32,000 bases of DNA from the NCBI GenBank assembly GCA_031316235.1, contig JALDRA010000001.1, positions 2,970,001 to 3,002,000 on the forward strand, written 5' to 3'. Position 1 is the stretch's first letter. The number at the start of each line of letters is the position of its first letter. The notes beneath the pieces are model-generated. The model was not told where the DNA came from. It was given only the letters and a program-made list of their open reading frames with translations, and ran no database searches. Below, one piece after another: positions 26,314-32,000 of this stretch. Both the position numbers and the translations under genes were made by a program. Source of the DNA: Candidatus Scalindua sp. Its GTDB lineage: Bacteria > Planctomycetota > Brocadiia > Brocadiales > Scalinduaceae.

Positions 26314-29019
26314 CTATTTGCATCCGTTACCGTTTAATTTCTCAACCTTGATTGCACATGACTTAAGCTCAGGGATCTTACATATTGGATCGAATGCATC
26401 ATTAGTAAGTAAGTTTGTCAATGCATCTCTGTGATGGAATGCAAGAAATGTTATACCCGGTTGCACTCTATCGGTTAGATGTACCCTTATCTCCATTTCT
26501 CCTCTCCTTGAGCTGGCAAGTACCTTTTCACTGTCAGTTATGTTAAATCGTTTGGCATCAAACGGATTCAACTCCAGCACTTCTTCCGGCCACTTTTCAT
26601 ATATTTTGCTTGATCTTCTCGTCATGGAACCGTTGTTATAATGCTGTCTGCGACGACCGGTCGTAAGGATCAGCGGATACGTATCATCAGGTACTTCCGC
26701 GGAAGCGATGTGCTCGTTGAAGTTGAACTTTGCCTTGCCGCTTGCTGTTATGAATTTTTCTGTGTACATGATTTCCGTACCAGGGTGATCAATATCGGGG
26801 CATGGCCACTGGATACCGTTCTTTCCAAGTTTCTTGTGGGTTACCCCGGCAAACATAGGAGCAACGCTTGCCAGTTCATCCCAAATTTCTGATGCAGAAG
26901 TGTAATCCATCTTTACACCGAGGGCATTTGCTACGAGACAAATTGTCTCCCAATCCGCTTTCCCGCATAATGGTTCGATTGCCTTCCGGATGAGCTGTAT
27001 CCTTCGTTCACCATTCGTGAAGGTTCCGTCCTTTTCTGCATGGCTTGATCCAGGAAGCACAACGTGGGCAAACTCAGTGGTTTCAGTTGGTAAAATGTCC
27101 TGTACTACAAGAAATTCTAATTTTCTCAGACCGCTTTTCACAAAATTGACATTGGCATTTGTCATGGCGGGATCTTCGCCGAAGATGTAGTAACCCTTCA
27201 GTTTGCCTTCATTCATTGCGATATCCATTTCGGTACATGTCAAGCCTACCTTGTCATCCAGCTTTACTCCCCACGCCTTCTCAAATTTTGCCTGAGCAGC
27301 TTTGTCTCCCACCTTCTGGTAACCCACAAATTTATCGGGTAACGCACCCATATCACACGCTCCCTGAACGTTGTTCTGACCCCGGGTAGGATTGATACCG
27401 ACACTTGCTCTTCCAAGATGACCGGTTACGGTGGCAAGATTTCCTAAGGCCATTACATTATAGGTACCGGTTGTATGCTCGGTCATACCGAGACTGTAGA
27501 TGATCATCGCCTTATCGGTTGTTGCATACATTCTGGCAGCATCGATGATCCGGTCTTTAGCAACTCCCGTTATACCTGAAACATATTCTGGCGTATATTT
27601 CTCAACACCTTTCTTCAACTCTTCAAAACCCTCGGTACGGTTCCTGATAAATTCTGAATCTTCGAGACCTTCTTTGATAATTACGTGTATGATTCCGTTT
27701 AAGAGCGCGATATTTGTACCGGGTATCAGATTCAACCATACATCTGCTATCTCTGCAAGCTGAGTCCTTCTCGGGTCTCCTACTATCAGTTTTGTATCTT
27801 TTTTCAAAGCATCCTTTATTTTCAGTCCGAGAATAGGGTGAGCCTCATAGGGGTTTGCCCCTATGACGAACAATAGTTCAGCATCACGGATCTGACTGAA
27901 TGAATTAGTTGCAGCGCCGCCGCCATAGCATGCGGCGAGGCCTGAGACGCTCGCGCTGTGACATACCCTGGCACAGTTATCAATGTTGTTTGTACCCATC
28001 ATCCGGCCGAGCTTCTGAAATATATAGTTTTCTTCATTTGTACACCGTGATGAAGAGAGAAATCCCAAGCTGTCAGGCCCATGTTTTTCCTTAATTTCTT
28101 TAAATCTTGTAGCGATGAGGTTGATCGCCTCATCCCAACTGGCCTCTTCCAGCTTTCCGTTCTTCCTTATCAGCGGTGTGGTTATCCTGTCCTTATGATG
28201 GATATGCTCATAACCAAATCTCCCCTTTACACAAAGACTGCCTCTATCGTTAACCGGTGCGTCAAAGCACGGAGAGATAGAGACGACCTTATCATCTTTT
28301 ACATTAAGAAAATAATTGCATCCGGTTCCGCAATAGGTACAGGTAGTTCTGGTCTTCTCAAATTCCCAGACCCTCCCTTTCCCTTTGGTAGATAATTCAG
28401 TGAGTGCGCCAACCGGACAGGCCTCGATGCATTGTCCACATAGCTCACAGTCACCCAGTTTGGAGATGTTGGTTTTATTTGGGGTTCCTAATGCGGTAAA
28501 TCCTCCCTCTTTAAATCCAAGCGCATAGGATCCCTGTAACTCGGCACAGGTCCTGGCGCATCTTGCGCACATGATACACTTGTCACGGTCCCACTCTATC
28601 ACTCCGTTATTCGGGTACTCGGAGAACTTACGTATGGTCTGTTGACTCCATTCAGCGTGTACATCATACTTATAGGCATAGTTTTGGAGTTTGCACATTC
28701 CGGTTCTTTCGCAAGTCATACAGTCGTTAGGGTGGTTGGCAAGAATAAGCCTCAGGTTGTTTTTCCTGAGTTCGGCAATGTTATCGCTTTCCGTAACAAT
28801 ATCCATTCCCTCCCATACCGGTGTATTACAAGCTGTTACGGGACCAAGGTTTCCATCGACCTCAACAACACACATCCTGCATTGACCGAACGGACTTAAA
28901 AGTTCCCAATGACACAAAGTGGGAACAGGTATCCTGTTCTTTTTTGTTACCTGTATAATGGTTTCACCATCATTTGCCTCATATACTTTGTTGTTAATCT
29001 GTAACGAGATTTTTTTCAT
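26314..29019 (-). CDS. fdhA: Formate dehydrogenase alpha subunit, NAD-dependent (FdsA/FdhA) type with NuoG-like N-terminal Fe-S domains; cysteine (non-Sec) active site
   Basis: 901 aa. It has an N-terminal 2Fe-2S domain (CRMCVVEV), ferredoxin-type CxxCxxCxxxCP motifs, a Mo-bisPGD Fe4S4 domain (CTYCGTGC) and the active-site ARVCHSASV (Cys353-His354). An AGGAGA RBS is present. Confidence 0.9.
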   Translation of the reverse strand: MKKISLQINNKVYEANDGETIIQVTKKNRIPVPTLCHWELLSPFGQCRMCVVEVDGNLGPVTACNTPVWEGMDIVTESDNIAELRKNNLRLILANHPNDCMTCERTGMCKLQNYAYKYDVHAEWSQQTIRKFSEYPNNGVIEWDRDKCIMCARCARTCAELQGSYALGFKEGGFTALGTPNKTNISKLGDCELCGQCIEACPVGALTELSTKGKGRVWEFEKTRTTCTYCGTGCNYFLNVKDDKVVSISPCFDAPVNDRGSLCVKGRFGYEHIHHKDRITTPLIRKNGKLEEASWDEAINLIATRFKEIKEKHGPDSLGFLSSSRCTNEENYIFQKLGRMMGTNNIDNCARVCHSASVSGLAACYGGGAATNSFSQIRDAELLFVIGANPYEAHPILGLKIKDALKKDTKLIVGDPRRTQLAEIADVWLNLIPGTNIALLNGIIHVIIKEGLEDSEFIRNRTEGFEELKKGVEKYTPEYVSGITGVAKDRIIDAARMYATTDKAMIIYSLGMTEHTTGTYNVMALGNLATVTGHLGRASVGINPTRGQNNVQGACDMGALPDKFVGYQKVGDKAAQAKFEKAWGVKLDDKVGLTCTEMDIAMNEGKLKGYYIFGEDPAMTNANVNFVKSGLRKLEFLVVQDILPTETTEFAHVVLPGSSHAEKDGTFTNGERRIQLIRKAIEPLCGKADWETICLVANALGVKMDYTSASEIWDELASVAPMFAGVTHKKLGKNGIQWPCPDIDHPGTEIMYTEKFITASGKAKFNFNEHIASAEVPDDTYPLILTTGRRRQHYNNGSMTRRSSKIYEKWPEEVLELNPFDAKRFNITDSEKVLASSRRGEMEIRVHLTDRVQPGITFLAFHHRDALTNLLTNDAFDPICKIPELKSCAIKVEKLNGNGCK

Positions 29020-29120
29020 ATTTTCTCCTGAATTTATTCGTCTGCCATATGTAAAGAGTGAAAAATTCCATTATATTGAAATGGATTGTGCAACACAAAA
29101 AATAAGGTCTTCTATATAAA

Positions 29121-29161
29121 AGGCTAAGGCCGTAATCCCTAGGGCATTACAGCCTTAGCCT
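29121..29161 (-). terminator. Long near-perfect hairpin between the ferredoxin gene and fdhA (terminator/attenuator or processing/stabilising structure)
   Basis: AGGCTAAGGC-CGTAATCCCTAGGGCATTAC-(A)GCCTTAGCCT. On the - strand the stem is followed by TTTTATATA. Confidence 0.45.
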
Positions 29162-29254
29162 GCTTTAAATGTTTGGTCGTAGAAGCTTGTTCCTGTACTG
29201 ATTCATTATCCTGTACTTTGACAAGCAAGCAGATACACCTATCTGAAAAACCGC

Positions 29255-29713
29255 TTATCCAACTTCAGCGACAGCTGAAATTTTGGTCTCGATATAATTG
29301 AGAGCTGACGTCTTGCACGCCTCAACGCATGCTTTGTCGTCATATCCCTTGCAATCGTCACAATTAATCGCAACATTCATCTCTGTCTCTTTTGTGATCG
29401 CCTTAAAAGGGCAGGCATCGATACACGCCCAGCAACCGGTACATTTTTCCTGATCAATTATGACGTTGCCATCCTCAAATTTTGTAATTGCACCGTATTC
29501 ACATGACTGCCTGCATTTCGGCTTGGCACAATTCTGGCAATAGGTGGCATAAGGCTTGTCTTTTCTATAGCTTATCTTGATCCGGGAAAGTGGTACCGGT
29601 TTTTCTAAAGGTGAAAGATATATGTTCTTAGCTTTTGAATGCCGAACTGCACATTCGATCATGCACCGCTTGCAGGTAACACAGTTCTTGCTCGTAAATT
29701 TTTTATTTATCAT
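29255..29713 (-). CDS. 4Fe-4S multi-cluster ferredoxin-domain protein
   Basis: 152 aa with several Cys clusters (CVTCKRCMIEC, CQNCAKPKC, CTGCWACIDACP, CDDC...CVEAC), upstream of fdhA on the same strand. Confidence 0.85.
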   Translation of the reverse strand: MINKKFTSKNCVTCKRCMIECAVRHSKAKNIYLSPLEKPVPLSRIKISYRKDKPYATYCQNCAKPKCRQSCEYGAITKFEDGNVIIDQEKCTGCWACIDACPFKAITKETEMNVAINCDDCKGYDDKACVEACKTSALNYIETKISAVAEVG

Positions 29714-29830
29714 CTTTTAAATACCTCTACAGTATAGTGGCTCTTTTTAGTTAAGAACTCCTTTATCGTACGAAAATTCAGTTTACCAGATTATTATAAT
29801 TTTTCAATTGTTTTTTCGATTCCTGTTTTT

Positions 29831-29867
29831 TTCGACGTATGTTCTTTTCGACGTATGTTCTTTTCGA
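29831..29867. repeat. Tandem duplication, 16-nt unit TTCGACGTATGTTCTT x2.3
   Basis: Two perfect adjacent copies (29831-29846, 29847-29862) plus a partial third (TTCGA), in the trpF-ferredoxin intergenic region. Confidence 0.7.
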
Positions 29868-29908
29868 AGCGCGATTTTTTTCTGAATACATTTTTACTTT
29901 CAGCAGGA

Positions 29909-30517
29909 TTATCCCCTGACAGCATCAATAAATTTTCTGACCAGCTGCCTGTCTTTTTTCCTAGGCCGTATCTCCACACCTGATGATACGTCGACTCCGT
30001 AGGGATTTGCAATACGTATTGCCTGCGAGACATTCAGGTGTGTCAGTCCTCCTGCAATTATTATGGGGAGTGAGGTCTCTGTTTTACCTGCAATCCTCCA
30101 GTCAAAGGTGGTTCCTGTTCCTCCCATCTGGTTTTCTGCATATCCGTCCAGCAATAAGGCATTTGCCTCATAGCCTTGTATCTGGGGAATGTCCTCCGCA
30201 TTTTTTATTCGAAACGCCTTAATGATCTTAAACTGTTTCAGACTATCTAAAAAACCGGGTTGTTCATTGCCGTGAAGCTGTATAGTGTTGATTCTGCAGT
30301 AGTTACAGATATCTTCAATATTCTTGGCACTTTCATTGACAAACAGCCCTACAAGGGTGACAAATGGCGGCAGCTTTTGTACAATATCTTTAACTTTTTC
30401 TTTACGTACCTGTCTCTTGCTCCCGGCAAACACAAATCCGATAGCGTCCGTTCCGTAATCAACGGCTATTTTTGCATCTTCAAAATTTGTTATACCACAA
30501 ATCTTTATCCTTGTCAT
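29909..30517 (-). CDS. trpF: N-(5'-phosphoribosyl)anthranilate isomerase
   Basis: 202 aa. The N-terminus MTRIKICGIT, GFVF, LHG and IAGGL motifs are typical of TrpF. Confidence 0.9.
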   Translation of the reverse strand: MTRIKICGITNFEDAKIAVDYGTDAIGFVFAGSKRQVRKEKVKDIVQKLPPFVTLVGLFVNESAKNIEDICNYCRINTIQLHGNEQPGFLDSLKQFKIIKAFRIKNAEDIPQIQGYEANALLLDGYAENQMGGTGTTFDWRIAGKTETSLPIIIAGGLTHLNVSQAIRIANPYGVDVSSGVEIRPRKKDRQLVRKFIDAVRG

Positions 30518-30856
30518 TTCTTATGCTTCCCTCATTTACAATCCTCAATCTCAGAAGCCGACAAGGTTCTTGACTGGTTCTGTTCAATCGGAAAATCTGA
30601 ATTTCACGCAAGTTCATGCCCTGAAATTCCAAAAAAATTCTGCAGGGGACACAATAAAAGTTTACCGTTAACTCTTTTTATCATGATCATGATACCGTAA
30701 GAAATAATCTAATTCTATAGAGAAATCAATTAATAGTTTGGCAAATTAAATTGAAATCATATTAATAGTACAGTGCAGACATATCAGAATTGAGAGGTGA
30801 ATGGTAAAGAATCTCCATATCACCGTGCATTTAATGCTTAACGATTTTGTCTGCTG

Positions 30857-30974
30857 CGTATATATACTAAAACCGATTTGGTTTTCGGCTTTACCGGAAA
30901 CCAAATCTTGGTGAAGGTATACTCGCTCAATTTTATTTCGGATTTTATCCGAAAACCATTTCGAAATGAGTATA
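30857..30974 (-). repeat. Repeat family A, copy A-5 (full length, inverted orientation)
   Basis: Its reverse complement aligns end to end with A-3 (GTATACTCATTTCG...GGTTTTAGTATATATAC). The hairpin is at 30874-30906. Confidence 0.85.
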
Positions 30975-31200
30975 CAAAGGGATTTCTGCACCAGGTCAAA
31001 TTATATCAGCATGCAATCTGCTGCGGAGCAGTTATCTGGCTTCTCTGATTACCCTGAACTATCATCAGGAGTTTCAATAAGGAGATGGCGGTTTTTCAAC
31101 AATTGACTGTTGACTGAGTTCCATTGTAGTAAAAAAATACTTGATTTTCACCTGGAGCTGTCCTATTCTTATCTTGTTGTAATCAGATAAGGGGAGATTT

Positions 31201-32000
31201 ATGGCAGGAGAATTCAATAAAAAAATAGCGCAAAGAGTTATAAAAAATTTTGATGATGTAGATAACAAAGCGGTACGAATCAGTTACGGTCTGGTTGCCG
31301 GCTGGTTCGGGATTTATGTTACCTTTGTACTTTTTCTGGTGCAGATTACTCTCGGCCTCTTATCAGGGTCAGTATCTCTTATCGCCAATGCGTTTCATCT
31401 CCTCTCACACCTGGCAAACTCAATCATACTTGTCGTGAGTTTCAAGGTGACGGCGCGTCCTGCTACAGAGAAGAATCCATTTGGTCATGGAAGAATAGAA
31501 CATATCGCACCTCTTGTCATGTCTATATTGCTTTTTGTTTCCGGTGTTCAGATAGTAGAGAAGTCTCTTCACCAGGTTTTTTCCCCGCATGAACTCAACT
31601 ATTATCCTGCACTCCCATGGATTCTTTTCTTGACTATAATAATAAAACACTGGCTCTCACGGTTTGTACGCTTTCTGGGAGAGAGAGTTGATTCCCATGC
31701 TATCCTGGCAAATGCGGCTCATCATAAGATTGAATCTGTCATGACACTTACGGTAACCGTGGGGTTAATTGCTGGTCATTATCTTCATCATCCCGAGCTG
31801 GATGGGTATATCGGTATTTTCGTTTCAGCCTGGTTACTCTACCAGGGGTACTCTCATGGTAGAGAGGCAATTGTTCCTCTGCTCGGACAGGCCCCTGATA
31901 AAGACATTATAAAAAAGATCCGAGAGACGGCAAAATCTGTCGAAGGTATTGAGGATGTTCACGAGATTATTGTGCATGACTATGGATCGATGTATCTTAT
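31201..32000 (+). CDS. Cation diffusion facilitator (CDF) family metal efflux transporter, 3' end beyond the window
   Basis: The frame is open from ATG 31201 (GGGGAG RBS) to the window end. It shows a TM-rich N-terminal half with SLIANAFHLLSH and NAAHHKIES metal-site helices, PFGHGRIE, and a cytoplasmic domain starting ...IRETAKSVEGIEDVHEIIVH. It is absent from the ORF track because it has no stop in the window. Confidence 0.85.
   Translation, partial: MAGEFNKKIAQRVIKNFDDVDNKAVRISYGLVAGWFGIYVTFVLFLVQITLGLLSGSVSLIANAFHLLSHLANSIILVVSFKVTARPATEKNPFGHGRIEHIAPLVMSILLFVSGVQIVEKSLHQVFSPHELNYYPALPWILFLTIIIKHWLSRFVRFLGERVDSHAILANAAHHKIESVMTLTVTVGLIAGHYLHHPELDGYIGIFVSAWLLYQGYSHGREAIVPLLGQAPDKDIIKKIRETAKSVEGIEDVHEIIVHDYGSMYL

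Noticed and set aside
27961-27963. Selenocysteine (TGA) at the formate dehydrogenase active site with a downstream SECIS
   Set aside because: The codon for residue 353 in ARVCHSASV is TGT (ACA on the + strand), and the 901-codon frame has no in-frame TGA. This is a Cys-type enzyme.
19889-30974. CRISPR array formed by the recurring repeats
   Set aside because: The repeats are 60-145 nt long, occur in both orientations, are irregularly spaced (0.5-5 kb) with genes between them, and no cas genes are present.

Overview
This is a 32-kb bacterial chromosomal window, AT-rich by eye (GC not computed). It opens inside a 23S rRNA gene (the 3' ~1.75 kb), followed by 5S rRNA and a terminator. About 18 kb of mostly housekeeping genes follow: a Fur-family regulator, rpmB, gatCAB, a 66-aa histone-fold-like protein, proB, and a small acidic zinc-ribbon protein. 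Next comes an aconitase-family large/small subunit pair split by a 1426-aa double-activase/dehydratase-like fusion, then an OGG-type glycosylase, squalene-hopene cyclase, P5C dehydrogenase and a PpiC parvulin. From ~19.85 to ~26.1 kb the character changes to a repeat-dense, accessory-looking segment. It contains two unrelated families of structured repeats. Family A (~118 nt, two hairpins) has 5 copies or fragments. Family B (~130 nt, bounded by GTTGAAC...GTTCAAC inverted ends) has 3 clear copies plus 1 degenerate copy, and every B copy starts at or within a few nt of a stop codon. The B copies partition this segment into four cassette-like modules, all on the + strand: (1) a PilZ ORF lacking a canonical start; (2) a CooT/CooJ-like nickel-chaperone pair; (3) a 69-aa acidic protein translationally coupled to an 808-aa Rad50/RloC-like zinc-hook ABC ATPase, plus a decayed DUF4143-ATPase remnant; (4) endonuclease IV. 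The window ends with a Cys-type NAD-dependent-type formate dehydrogenase alpha subunit, a poly-ferredoxin, trpF (all on the - strand), another A copy, and a 3'-truncated CDF transporter. The best candidate for an undescribed system is the 69-aa + 808-aa module and the attC-like/MITE-like repeat architecture embedding it. The gene content is compatible with an anaerobic planctomycete/anammox-like organism, but taxonomy cannot be verified here. All homology statements come from motif recognition by eye; no searches were run.
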